Assembly: GCF_000186885.1 (NCBI RefSeq)
Contig: NC_014972.1
Span: forward strand, 2,340,001 to 2,372,000
Length of the DNA stretch: 32,000 bases
DNA from: Desulfobulbus propionicus DSM 2032
GTDB lineage: Bacteria > Desulfobacterota > Desulfobulbia > Desulfobulbales > Desulfobulbaceae
Reading direction: 5' to 3'
A model generated the notes under the pieces. The model was not told where the DNA came from. It did not search any database and was given only the letters and a program-made list of their open reading frames with translations. Shown here in pieces: positions 1 to 9,416 of this stretch; within the stretch, counting starts at the first letter, position 1; the number at the start of each line of letters is the position of its first letter. The translations under genes and the position numbers were made by a program.

Positions 1-1
1 C

Positions 2-208
2 ATTGGCTACGTGGCTCCAGTGGACAAGCTCAGTGGCAGGGAGCAGGAAATTTTCAAAGAGCGGGACCGGAAACTGGAAGCGGCCAGAGAACTGAGGAAG
101 ACAAAACGGCTTCGGGCGCCGTCGGCAAACCCGATGCTCTCTCAAAAAGACAATACGGCTCCTTCGGAGTCCTTACTGCAAACGGCAAGATTGTCCATTT
201 CCAACTGA
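2..208 (+). CDS. 3' end of a CDS entering from upstream of the window; hypothetical protein with a Lys/Arg/Glu-rich C-terminus
   Basis: The frame is open from base 2, with no stop before the GTG at 11 used by the ORF track. Stop at 206-208. No motif I recognise. Confidence 0.3.
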   Translation: MGYVAPVDKLSGREQEIFKERDRKLEAARELRKTKRLRAPSANPMLSQKDNTAPSESLLQTARLSISN

Positions 209-260
209 GGCGGAACAAACAGCCGATCAAGGTTCATCGATCAACGTGCTGGGAAGAGCA

Positions 261-294
261 AACGAAAAAGAGGCCTGAAATATATTTCAGGCCT
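261..294 (-). terminator. Rho-independent terminator of the nuo operon
   Basis: Perfect 24-nt palindrome AGGCCTGAAATA/TATTTCAGGCCT at 271-294. On the minus strand it is followed by CTTTTTCGTT (270-261). It lies about 50 nt past the nuoN stop and could also act on the convergent plus-strand CDS. Confidence 0.65.
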
Positions 295-345
295 CATGAA
301 GATTCTTTTATCCTTTAAGTATTTCAGATCGTTTTCATGAAACCG

Positions 346-1773
346 TCAAACGGTAATAGGATACAAGCTAATCGCGAAAACACAAAGAACAAGGATAAAG
401 GTACAAACTGGCGCAAAATTTGAGGGGAGGGGTTCGTCGAACTGCTCCTCCGGCTCGTGAAAGTACATGTTAATGATCAGACGCAGATAGTACCACATGG
501 AAATAATGCTGCTGATGATGCCTAAAACTGCCAGGGTGATTTGGCCTGCATCGATGGCACTGGTAATAATATAAAATTTCCCCATAAAGCCTGCGGTGGG
601 GGGGATACCGGCCATGGAAAGCAAAAACACGCTGATAGCTGCGGCGGAATAGGGACGAATTTTGGCAAGTCCCTTGAAATCATCAAATGTGTTTCTCTTT
701 TCCTCGGCTCCGCCGAGATACGAGAGTGCGCAAAAAATACCAAGAGTCCCTGCGGCATAAGCGGCCAAATAGTAGGCAATCACACTACCGGAAAATTCTT
801 GGCTGCTTACAGCAACAAGAGCGATCAACAAATAACCGGAATGAACAATACCGGAGGCAGCGAGCATTCTTTTCAAGGATTGCTGGCCGATGGCGATGAG
901 ATTGCCAACAAACATCGTCAAGATGGAGATGTAAAACAGAAAGGTGATCCATCCACTATGCAATCCTTGATCGACAACCAAGAAATTGGCGAACACAGCA
1001 AAGATGGCAGTTTTTAACCCCGTGGCCATGTAGCCTGTGATTGGAACGGAAGCGCCGTCATACACATCGACGACCCAGGCATGGAAGGGAAAGGCGGCAA
1101 CCTTGAAAAGAAAGGCTACCAAGATGAAGAAAGCACCGCCCACCAATGCCGGTGTGTGCAAGAAGCCGTGGGCGGCAACGAATTTGCCGATGGCCACAAA
1201 CTTGGTGCTGGCGGTGGCCCCATAGACCAAGGCTGTTCCCATGGTCAAAAATGCACCAGCGAAGGCACCAAGCATGAGATATTTCAAAACAGCCTCAGTG
1301 CTGATAACATTCTTTCGGTTGTAACCAACCAGGATATAGATGGCCAATGACATAATCTCCAGAGCAATAAAAACGGATATTAACTCTTGGGCCATGGTCA
1401 ACAATAACATTCCTGAAGCGGCAAATACCGTAAGACTATAAAACTCCGGGCTGCAAAAAGTATTCTGTTTGAAATAGGTCTGCGCACTCATAACGGTAAA
1501 GAGTCCGCAAGCTAGAATAATCAGGCCAGCAGCCTTGGAAAAATTAGTGACCACGAGGAAGCTGTTGAAAATATCCGAGAAAAGGACTGCTTTCCCGGTA
1601 ATACACGAACCCAGTTGAACAAGAAATGCTATGGCAAATACAAGGGCACTCCCATAGGCAGCCATTTCATGAGAAATTTTTTCATAGGCAGAAGAGAGCA
1701 TCAACAAGATGGCTCCTGCCCCAACGATAATCAGTGGCATGAGTAACAGTAAATCGTTCGTCATAATGAACAT
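346..1773 (-). CDS. nuoN: NADH-quinone oxidoreductase subunit N (ND2/antiporter-like)
   Basis: 475-aa polytopic membrane ORF and last gene of the nuo cluster. Antiporter-like pattern (e.g. MAGIPPTAGFMGKFY). Starts 6 nt after the nuoM stop. Confidence 0.9.
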   Translation of the reverse strand: MFIMTNDLLLLMPLIIVGAGAILLMLSSAYEKISHEMAAYGSALVFAIAFLVQLGSCITGKAVLFSDIFNSFLVVTNFSKAAGLIILACGLFTVMSAQTYFKQNTFCSPEFYSLTVFAASGMLLLTMAQELISVFIALEIMSLAIYILVGYNRKNVISTEAVLKYLMLGAFAGAFLTMGTALVYGATASTKFVAIGKFVAAHGFLHTPALVGGAFFILVAFLFKVAAFPFHAWVVDVYDGASVPITGYMATGLKTAIFAVFANFLVVDQGLHSGWITFLFYISILTMFVGNLIAIGQQSLKRMLAASGIVHSGYLLIALVAVSSQEFSGSVIAYYLAAYAAGTLGIFCALSYLGGAEEKRNTFDDFKGLAKIRPYSAAAISVFLLSMAGIPPTAGFMGKFYIITSAIDAGQITLAVLGIISSIISMWYYLRLIINMYFHEPEEQFDEPLPSNFAPVCTFILVLCVFAISLYPITV

Positions 1774-1779
1774 CCGGTA

Positions 1780-3300
1780 TTATTGCTGTTCAATGTTGAG
1801 CTCAACGCCGTGAGCATTGGTGGTTGTGCTGTGTGCGACAACAGGAGCGTTCTGGGAAAATTGCAATGCAGCAGAAGGTGTGATCTTACTTATAAACGGC
1901 TGCGGATAAATTCCCATGATGATGATGAGTAAAATCACGGGGAGAAAGGTCAATCCTTCAACCAAGGTCAAATCTTTAAAATTCTCAGATGTTGCGGTGG
2001 ATTTTTCAAAAAATACCCGTTGAAACATCCATAGCATGTAGCACACACCAACGATCAAGGTTGTCGCGGCAAGCACACCGATAGCGGTATTGAATTTTAT
2101 TGCTCCAAGAATAATCATGAATTCACCAATGAACCCACTTGTTCCGGGCAATCCGACCGAAGCCAACATCGCGATGGCAAAAAACAATGCGAAAACTGGT
2201 GCTTTCGCGGCGATTCCTCCAAGGTCCTCGATAGTTCTGGTTTCGGTACGCTCTTCAAGGATTCCCGCGAAAAGAAAAAGGACACCCGTGCTGGTGGCGT
2301 GTGCGACAATCTGATAGATGGAGCCGGTCAAGGCTTGGACATTCATGCAAAATACACCCAGGGCGATGACACCCATGTGGGAGGCAGAAGAAAAGGCCAG
2401 CATTCGCTTGAAGTCTTTTTGGGCGATTGCAGCAATGCCACAGTACATCATGCCAATAACGCCGGCATAGGCGAGAAGTATGGCGAATCGAGCAAATTCT
2501 TGATCAAAGACCGGCACCACGAAACGAATTACACCATATACACCAATTTTGGCCATAATGGCTGACAAGACAAAGGTAGCCGCAGTCGGTGCTTCGGTAT
2601 ACGCGTCAGGCAACCAAGTATGAAAGGGAAACAAGGGAATTTTGATTGCAAAAGCAATCATGAATCCAAAAAAGGCCACCGCTGCCACTTGACCGCTGAG
2701 ATTGAGTTGCGCCATCTTATTCATCGCGAAACTCCACTCGTTGAATTGGGCATGGTAACTAACACCCAGATACACGATGGCAGCCAACATGAGCAAGGAA
2801 CCAGCAATAGTGTAAATGGTGATCTTCAGCGTGGCAGGAAGACGCTTTGCCCCCCCATACAAACCCAGCATGAAGAAGACCGGCAACAACATGATTTCCC
2901 AGAAGATATAAAAGAGGATCATGTCAGTTGCGCATACTGCACCGGTCATGGCTCCTTGAACGATGAGCAGGTTGGCGTAATACCCTTTCTCTTTGGTGCC
3001 AAAAATCAAATAGACCATTGGCAGAAGAACAGAGCAGGCCATCAGGATGAACAGACTGATTCCATCCACACCCAGAGCATAGGAAATTCCCAGTGATTCG
3101 ATCCAAGGAACATTTTCTATGAATTCAAGATGCCCCGTGGACTTGAATCCCAGGTAGAGGTCGAGGCTGAGGACGAGGGTGGACAACGAAATGATGAGCC
3201 CTGTAAACCGAGCGATCGTCCTGCTTGCCGGCGAGGCCAGGAGCACCAACCCGGCAATAATGGGCAAAAAGATTATAACGGAAAGGAGATGTTCAAACAT
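1780..3300 (-). CDS. nuoM: NADH-quinone oxidoreductase subunit M (ND4-like)
   Basis: 506 aa. Motifs: FAIKIPLFPFHTWLPDAYTEAPTA and GLPGTSGFIGEF. RBS AAGGTG upstream of the ATG at 3300. Confidence 0.93.
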   Translation of the reverse strand: MFEHLLSVIIFLPIIAGLVLLASPASRTIARFTGLIISLSTLVLSLDLYLGFKSTGHLEFIENVPWIESLGISYALGVDGISLFILMACSVLLPMVYLIFGTKEKGYYANLLIVQGAMTGAVCATDMILFYIFWEIMLLPVFFMLGLYGGAKRLPATLKITIYTIAGSLLMLAAIVYLGVSYHAQFNEWSFAMNKMAQLNLSGQVAAVAFFGFMIAFAIKIPLFPFHTWLPDAYTEAPTAATFVLSAIMAKIGVYGVIRFVVPVFDQEFARFAILLAYAGVIGMMYCGIAAIAQKDFKRMLAFSSASHMGVIALGVFCMNVQALTGSIYQIVAHATSTGVLFLFAGILEERTETRTIEDLGGIAAKAPVFALFFAIAMLASVGLPGTSGFIGEFMIILGAIKFNTAIGVLAATTLIVGVCYMLWMFQRVFFEKSTATSENFKDLTLVEGLTFLPVILLIIIMGIYPQPFISKITPSAALQFSQNAPVVAHSTTTNAHGVELNIEQQ

Positions 3301-3312
3301 TCTTTCACCTTA

Positions 3313-5214
3313 TCAGTTCAACGATTGAGAAAGGAACAGGCTCATAAGACTCAGCCCCACGATCATGTAAATGGCATAAACCCTGACATAACCGACTTGG
3401 AAAACCTTGAAGGCTGCCCCGAGAATCATATACAGCCTGGAAATCCCTTTAACTGGCGCGTCGGTGACATTCGGCTCAATGATTCTCCAGATGCTTGAGC
3501 CGATTGCCTTATATGGCTGAACAAACACGGCGTTATACAACTCATCGACATAGAATTTATTGTAGGCAAACACCTCGAACCCATTGAAGACCGGCTCGGG
3601 ACCACCTTGGCCAAACTTTGTGTACGCGATTTTAATACCAATCGCGAAAGCGATAATGCTGGTAACCATGGCGAAAACCATGGCAAAAGCTCCACCATGG
3701 GGATGGTGTTCCGTCAAGCTGGGAGCAAGCCAATGAGAAACAGTTTGCCCTCCTGGCACATTCAGGAATCCGGCGAAAACAGCTCCAACCGCCAGGATAA
3801 TGAGGGGAACGGTCATGACAGCAGGCGATTCCTGAGCATGATCGTAGGCATGTTGGTCGCGTGGTTGCCCGTGGAAGACGACGAAGATCATCCTGAAGGT
3901 ATAGTAGGCGGTCATCCCTGCAACCAGCACACCCACGGCCCAGATACCGTAATGACCTGTCGCAAGGGCGCTGTAGAGAATCTCATCCTTACTGAAGAAA
4001 CCAGAGAACGGAGGACATCCAGCCAAGGCAAGGGCACCGATTACCATTGTGATATAGGTCTTCGGCATTTTGCTTTTCAACCCACCCATTTTCCAGATGT
4101 TCTGCTCATGATGCAGGGCATAGATCACCGAACCGGCACCGAGGAAGAGCAGTGCCTTGAAAAAAGCATGGGTGAACACATGGAAAATACCAGCAGAATA
4201 GGCTGCAACACCCACACCGGCGAACATATAGCCCAATTGGCTGACGGTCGAGTAAGCAAGAACCTTCTTGATATCGTCTTGAAACATACCAAATATGGCG
4301 GCCAGCAAAGCGGTCAGTATCCCGACCCATGCAACAATAGTCCCGGCCATCTCTACATGGGCATACAGGAAACTGAATCGGGCAACCATGTAGACACCGG
4401 CAGTAACCATGGTGGCGGCATGGATCAATGCGGAAACCGGAGTCGGACCTGCCATTGCATCGGGTAACCACACATACAAGGGTATCTGAGCCGATTTGCC
4501 GGTGGCACCGACAAACAGGAGCAGGCAAACAGTTAATGCAATGGCGGGCGTCAGGTGATGGACATTGGCCTTGAGGGATAAGTAGTCAAAACCCTGGCCG
4601 CCAATAGCCCAGAACAGAAAGGCCATGCCGAGAACAAAACCAAAATCGCCGATCCGGTTGACGATAAAAGCTTTGTTACCAGCCAGTACGTTGCTTCGGT
4701 CTTCGCTGTAATAGCTAATCAATAGATATGAACAGAGTCCAACGCCTTCCCACCCGACAAACATGACCACCGGCCCGTCGCCAAGTACGAGCACCAGCAT
4801 GCTACCGAGAAAGAGGTTCATGTAGGCAAAAAACTTGCCGTAGTTTTTGTCGCCTCCCATATAGCCTATGGAGTAGACATGAATAAGAGAACCGATCAAA
4901 GTGACAAACAACAGCATTAAACACGACAGAGGATCAGCGAGAAATCCCATGTTAACGTGCAGATCACCGACACTGAACCAAGTGAAGGCTTTGTGGCTCA
5001 AAAATCGGCTATCAACCGGCAGCGCTTTGAGCGCGAAAAAAACCTTAAGCGCCATGACAAAGGAAAGGATAGGCCCAATGCAAGCAAGCAGGCCATAAAC
5101 CTTCTCTGGCAATTTATACCGATCACAGCTAAAAACGTGGAGAAGTCCGATAAATACTGCTCCCATTAATGGAAAAAGCGGTATCAGACCCAGATAATTT
5201 ACACTTTGTTCCAT
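3313..5214 (-). CDS. nuoL: NADH-quinone oxidoreductase subunit L (ND5-like)
   Basis: 633 aa. Motif SAQIPLYVWLPDAMAGPTPVSALIHAATMVTAGVY. RBS AAGGGTGA. 4-nt gap after nuoK. Confidence 0.93.
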   Translation of the reverse strand: MEQSVNYLGLIPLFPLMGAVFIGLLHVFSCDRYKLPEKVYGLLACIGPILSFVMALKVFFALKALPVDSRFLSHKAFTWFSVGDLHVNMGFLADPLSCLMLLFVTLIGSLIHVYSIGYMGGDKNYGKFFAYMNLFLGSMLVLVLGDGPVVMFVGWEGVGLCSYLLISYYSEDRSNVLAGNKAFIVNRIGDFGFVLGMAFLFWAIGGQGFDYLSLKANVHHLTPAIALTVCLLLFVGATGKSAQIPLYVWLPDAMAGPTPVSALIHAATMVTAGVYMVARFSFLYAHVEMAGTIVAWVGILTALLAAIFGMFQDDIKKVLAYSTVSQLGYMFAGVGVAAYSAGIFHVFTHAFFKALLFLGAGSVIYALHHEQNIWKMGGLKSKMPKTYITMVIGALALAGCPPFSGFFSKDEILYSALATGHYGIWAVGVLVAGMTAYYTFRMIFVVFHGQPRDQHAYDHAQESPAVMTVPLIILAVGAVFAGFLNVPGGQTVSHWLAPSLTEHHPHGGAFAMVFAMVTSIIAFAIGIKIAYTKFGQGGPEPVFNGFEVFAYNKFYVDELYNAVFVQPYKAIGSSIWRIIEPNVTDAPVKGISRLYMILGAAFKVFQVGYVRVYAIYMIVGLSLMSLFLSQSLN

Positions 5215-5218
5215 GGAA

Positions 5219-5515
5219 TCACCCTTTCAGCAGGCTAAACACGTTGGTGTCAAGCTTACTTTTATGTTTATGCAACAAAATCACGACGGCAAGGGCCAGG
5301 GCGGCTTCAGCAGCGGCCACAGCCATCACCATCATCGCCAGAACATGACCGTCCATACTCTCATGAACACGGGCAAAAGCGACAAAAGTAAGATTTGCCG
5401 CATTGAGCATCAGTTCTATAGACATGAATACGGTAAAAACATTGCGTCTGGAAATCACACCAACAATACCCAGGCAAAAAAGGATGATACTGAGATACAA
5501 ATAACTGTGAATCAT
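5219..5515 (-). CDS. nuoK: NADH-quinone oxidoreductase subunit K (ND4L-like)
   Basis: 98-aa three-helix membrane ORF. ATGA-type overlap with the nuoJ stop. Position between nuoJ and nuoL. Confidence 0.9.
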   Translation of the reverse strand: MIHSYLYLSIILFCLGIVGVISRRNVFTVFMSIELMLNAANLTFVAFARVHESMDGHVLAMMVMAVAAAEAALALAVVILLHKHKSKLDTNVFSLLKG

Positions 5516-6021
5516 TTGATACTCCCCCTCTTTCCAGCAAGAACAACCGCACCGATCAAGGAGACAAGCAGCAAGATCGAAACGATTTCAAATGGCACCA
5601 GCCAATCCTTAAACAACAGTAAACCCACCTGTTTTACGCCACCGAAATCGTTTCCAATCAATGCGGCGGAGGACATGGGGATACTTTTCACGATCTTAAC
5701 CAAGAAAAGACCAACAGGAAGAACGATAATCGAACCTCCAATGATATAGAGGAGCTTGGTTTCTTCTTTCGGAAGATCGTCAGGTTGGATGTTTAAGAAC
5801 ATGATGATAAAGACGATGAGCGACATAATTGCTCCTGCATAAACGATCAGTTGCAGGGCGAAGATTAATTTTGCAGAGAGCAGTGCGTACAATCCCGCCA
5901 AGGATATCAGCGTCACCACAAAGCTCATCGCTCCGTTCATCGGATGTCGAAATAGAACCAGCCCCGCTGCTCCCAAAACGGCAAGCACGGCAAATCCAAT
6001 AAATAGCCCGTCGGCAAACAT
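5512..6021 (-). CDS. nuoJ: NADH-quinone oxidoreductase subunit J (ND6-like)
   Basis: The ORF-track start at 6087 would overlap nuoI by 62 nt. The ATG at 6021 ([10 protein letters not shown]...) lies 4 nt after the nuoI stop and is preceded by AAGGGGG. This gives a 169-aa membrane protein. Confidence 0.85.
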   Translation of the reverse strand: MFADGLFIGFAVLAVLGAAGLVLFRHPMNGAMSFVVTLISLAGLYALLSAKLIFALQLIVYAGAIMSLIVFIIMFLNIQPDDLPKEETKLLYIIGGSIIVLPVGLFLVKIVKSIPMSSAALIGNDFGGVKQVGLLLFKDWLVPFEIVSILLLVSLIGAVVLAGKRGSIK

Positions 6022-6025
6022 GATA

Positions 6026-6550
6026 TCAAGCGCCCCCTTTCTTATACTCTTCTTCGGTAAATGCCCCTGGCGTGGCAAGCAAATCATTCAATGTCATAAC
6101 AAAGGACGATCGCTTGTCACCGGTGACTGAAAATATACCAGTGTCCATTCTGATAGCATCCATTGGGCACGCTTCCACGCAGTAGCCACAATAGATGCAC
6201 TCAAGCAGGTCAATATCAAATCTGACCGGCATTTTTTCAGTCCTGCCGTCAACCCGTTCACCGGCCTCAATCATGATGCACTTGGCTGGGCAGTTCGTCT
6301 GACACATGAAGCAGGCGACACATTTCATGGTCCCATCCTCATGTTTCGTCAGTCGATGCCGTCCTCGCCAGCGCGCGGTAATCTCTGGCTTTTGCTCGGG
6401 ATAATGTCGGACATACAATTTTGAGTTATCAAGGAAGTTCGAGATAAAGTGACCAAAGGTCACCGCCATCCCTTTGAACACCTCAACCAGGTACAACCGT
6501 TCGTAAAGGTCTTTGCCTTTACGTTCCATTATTTTGGTTTTTCCACTCAT
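6026..6550 (-). CDS. nuoI: NADH-quinone oxidoreductase subunit I (2x[4Fe-4S] ferredoxin)
   Basis: 174 aa with two CxxCxxCxxxCP motifs (CVACFMCQTNCP, CIYCGYCVEACP). RBS AGAGGAG. Confidence 0.95.
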   Translation of the reverse strand: MSGKTKIMERKGKDLYERLYLVEVFKGMAVTFGHFISNFLDNSKLYVRHYPEQKPEITARWRGRHRLTKHEDGTMKCVACFMCQTNCPAKCIMIEAGERVDGRTEKMPVRFDIDLLECIYCGYCVEACPMDAIRMDTGIFSVTGDKRSSFVMTLNDLLATPGAFTEEEYKKGGA

Positions 6551-6563
6551 GCCAGCTCCTCTC

Positions 6564-7850
6564 TTAGCTCAATGCAACGACGATTGCACTTGTGACGAAA
6601 ATGTTCAGCAACGAAAGCGGCAGGAGTGTTTGCCAACCCAATTTCTGCAGCTGATCATAGCGAAAACGAGGTAACGTCCAACGAACCCAGACATACACGA
6701 AACACATGAGTGTCGTCTTTACAAGAAAGGTGATGATTTGCAGGATCGTCACTAAAATGCGGTCAGCCACGCCACCAGAAACAGTGATCAGATAAATAAA
6801 GAGGACGATTTCAATCGCGGCGACCAATCCCCACAATCCTTTGATATATATTTGCGCTTCACGAACACGAGGGTCATCGACACGATCATAGTGGCTTCTA
6901 TTATTTTTGCTGATCCACATCGCAAAGACTTTGGCAAAAACAGGAAGAAGCAACATCATCAACACAGTGACGGGCCGTGCGTGATTCACCAGAGTTTCAG
7001 TGGCGAACCATGGTATTTGAAATCCACCGAAGAAAAGAGTGACGATAATTGCACTGGAAGTGAAAAGGGCTACATATTCCCCCATGAAGAACATACCAAA
7101 TTTCATGGAACTGTATTCAACATGGAAGCCCGCGACCAGTTCACTTTCACCCTCGGCAAGATCAAAGGGTGTTCTGTTGGTTTCCGCAAAAGCGGCCACT
7201 ATAAAAATCACCGCACCAAGGGGTTGTAGAACGACACCCCACATCGGGATGAAGCCGAACAGGAGCTGCCCTTGAAGTTGCGCCATTTCGGTCAGACTGA
7301 CTGTCCCATAAACGATGAGAAGACTAATGATTGCCAATCCCATGGGGATTTCATAGCTGATGACTTGGGCAGCGGCACGCAACCCTCCAAGAATACCGTA
7401 TTTATTGTGCGATGACCATCCAGCGAGAATAATGCCGTATACAGAAAAGCCTGCCAATGCAAGGAACCATAGAATACCAAGATCCGTGGGAATGGCCTGC
7501 ATTATGTATTCCTTGCCATTGATGACCAAGGCATCCGCGAAAGGTATGGCAGCAAAAGAAACCAAGGCGATAAAAAAAACGATCACAGGTGCAAGCACGA
7601 AATAGAATTTATGCTTGACATGATCGGGGATCACATCTTCCTTGGTGATCAATTTAACCGCATCGGCAAGATTTTGAACTAGACCTCCAGCACGAAAACC
7701 TAAAATATTGGCCCGATTGGGACCTGATCTATCTTGAAAAAAAGCGGCACCACGACGCTCCATCCAAACGAGGACCGCGATGAAGCAGAGCGGAACAAAC
7801 GCTCCAAAGGCGACCCTAAGAACAAGTAGTAGGATATCAAGCTGCGACAT
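6564..7850 (-). CDS. nuoH: NADH-quinone oxidoreductase subunit H (ND1-like), unusually long
   Basis: 428 aa. Motifs: AETNRTPFDLAEGESELVAGFHVEYSS and VRWTLPRFRYDQL. About 100 aa lie between the GGF and the K...WVRWTLPR region. Confidence 0.93.
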   Translation of the reverse strand: MSQLDILLLVLRVAFGAFVPLCFIAVLVWMERRGAAFFQDRSGPNRANILGFRAGGLVQNLADAVKLITKEDVIPDHVKHKFYFVLAPVIVFFIALVSFAAIPFADALVINGKEYIMQAIPTDLGILWFLALAGFSVYGIILAGWSSHNKYGILGGLRAAAQVISYEIPMGLAIISLLIVYGTVSLTEMAQLQGQLLFGFIPMWGVVLQPLGAVIFIVAAFAETNRTPFDLAEGESELVAGFHVEYSSMKFGMFFMGEYVALFTSSAIIVTLFFGGFQIPWFATETLVNHARPVTVLMMLLLPVFAKVFAMWISKNNRSHYDRVDDPRVREAQIYIKGLWGLVAAIEIVLFIYLITVSGGVADRILVTILQIITFLVKTTLMCFVYVWVRWTLPRFRYDQLQKLGWQTLLPLSLLNIFVTSAIVVALS

Positions 7851-9399
7851 TTGAGACCTCGCTATCGGTTAATGCTAACCCTTCACCGGGAACCTGCTCC
7901 AGATCGATACCGTTCAAAGCGGCAACGTTCGCCATTATCTCGGCACGAGCTTCATGATAATCCTTGACGGGTCCGCCAAGCAGATTGACGACATGAATTA
8001 AATTGAAAGCGGGTGTGTTCTTGACAACGGCGATTTCATACTGCTGCAAAATCTGATCGACATTGATCAAGGTCCCGGCATCTTCTGTGTAGGACGCGAC
8101 GGGCAAAGCAATGGTCGCCTTGACCGCGCAACCATCAAGGGAACTGCCTACATACGCTACTTTGACCGAGCTGAGAAGTTGATCGAATTCTGCGACGGTC
8201 AACGATTTGGACAAATCATTTTGGAAACTGATCAAAAGATCGGCCCCGCTGATTGCAGCATCAAATCCGGCACGAGAACTATCGATACCCAGGAGGGTGA
8301 ACGAAGCACGGTTTGCTGATTTATCATCCTGAATGAGGAAGTCGTCACCGTCGCCAGCCTTGCTATAGCCGTCACAGAACCCTGTCACCACCGCATTGCT
8401 TGCAATGGCTAATTGCTGCAGGGCATACATCTGTTCCAGTGAGTTATTCGGGGACAACAGGAAAACAACCTTGCTGGCTTGGCTGATTTCCCGCCGGAGC
8501 GCTTCAATGGTTGCATTGAACCCTGATTCTTTGCCGGCAATCAGGGCGGTGTTGAGACGATTCTCGTTCTCAACCTTGTAGCTCATGCGGCCATCGTCGC
8601 ATATAAAATAACCGTTGACTTTATCATTGAGTCGCGGGCGAAAACGATAAATGACATCGTCTTTGTATTTCTCCCGATTATGATCAATGAAAATGTTGCA
8701 TCCCTTGCTGCATCCCTGACAAATCCCTTTACTCTTGGTCAGAAACCAAGATCGTTGCTTGAAGCGGAAGTCCCTGGAGGTCATGGCCCCGACTGGACAA
8801 AGATCGACAACGTTTAGAGCATAGCGGTTGTTGAGAGGCCGACCGGGGAAAATATTTACCCGTGCCGCGTCGGTACGATTGACAATTCCCAATTCACCGG
8901 TCTTGGTGATCAATCGGGTAAATCGCACACAGCGAGCGCACAAAACGCAACGTTCCTGATCATGAACAACCCCGCAGCCAAAATCCATTTTTTTGGCCTT
9001 GAGCACGGGTTTGACGGTCATTCTACTTTTCTGACCATCATACTTCATGTAGTAATCCTGCAATTTACATTCGCCCGCTTGATCACAAATAGGACAATCA
9101 ATCGGGTGATTGATCAGCTCCAGCTCCATGATATCACGCTGGATCTTTTTAATTTTGTCTGTATCCAGCTGAACTTTCATGCCTTCAACAGCTCGAGTCT
9201 TGCATGCCGGGACCAGAGGAGGCCGGCCATCTTCAATACCAACAAGACACATGCGGCAGTTACCATCTGCCCCCAGCGCCGGATGATAGCAAAGATGGGG
9301 AATCTCAATGCCGACAGCACCAATAGCGTCAATCAGATTTTTCCCTGATTCAACTTCTACTTCCTGTCCGTTCACAAACAGTTTTACCTTATCAGCCAT
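7837..9399 (-). CDS. nuoG: NADH-quinone oxidoreductase subunit G, short form
   Basis: 520 aa. N-terminal 2Fe-2S ferredoxin fold (CYHP...CRMCLV...C), HPIDCPICDQAGEC, CVLCARCVRF...CPVGA, then CQGCSKGC. 14-nt overlap with the nuoH start. Confidence 0.9.
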   Translation of the reverse strand: MADKVKLFVNGQEVEVESGKNLIDAIGAVGIEIPHLCYHPALGADGNCRMCLVGIEDGRPPLVPACKTRAVEGMKVQLDTDKIKKIQRDIMELELINHPIDCPICDQAGECKLQDYYMKYDGQKSRMTVKPVLKAKKMDFGCGVVHDQERCVLCARCVRFTRLITKTGELGIVNRTDAARVNIFPGRPLNNRYALNVVDLCPVGAMTSRDFRFKQRSWFLTKSKGICQGCSKGCNIFIDHNREKYKDDVIYRFRPRLNDKVNGYFICDDGRMSYKVENENRLNTALIAGKESGFNATIEALRREISQASKVVFLLSPNNSLEQMYALQQLAIASNAVVTGFCDGYSKAGDGDDFLIQDDKSANRASFTLLGIDSSRAGFDAAISGADLLISFQNDLSKSLTVAEFDQLLSSVKVAYVGSSLDGCAVKATIALPVASYTEDAGTLINVDQILQQYEIAVVKNTPAFNLIHVVNLLGGPVKDYHEARAEIMANVAALNGIDLEQVPGEGLALTDSEVSNVAA

Positions 9400-9416
9400 G
9401 GTAACCCTTATCCCCG

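Noticed and set aside
5213-5749. 178-aa plus-strand ORF
   Set aside because: It is antisense to nuoK/nuoJ, and its His/Asn/Thr-rich composition is not protein-like.
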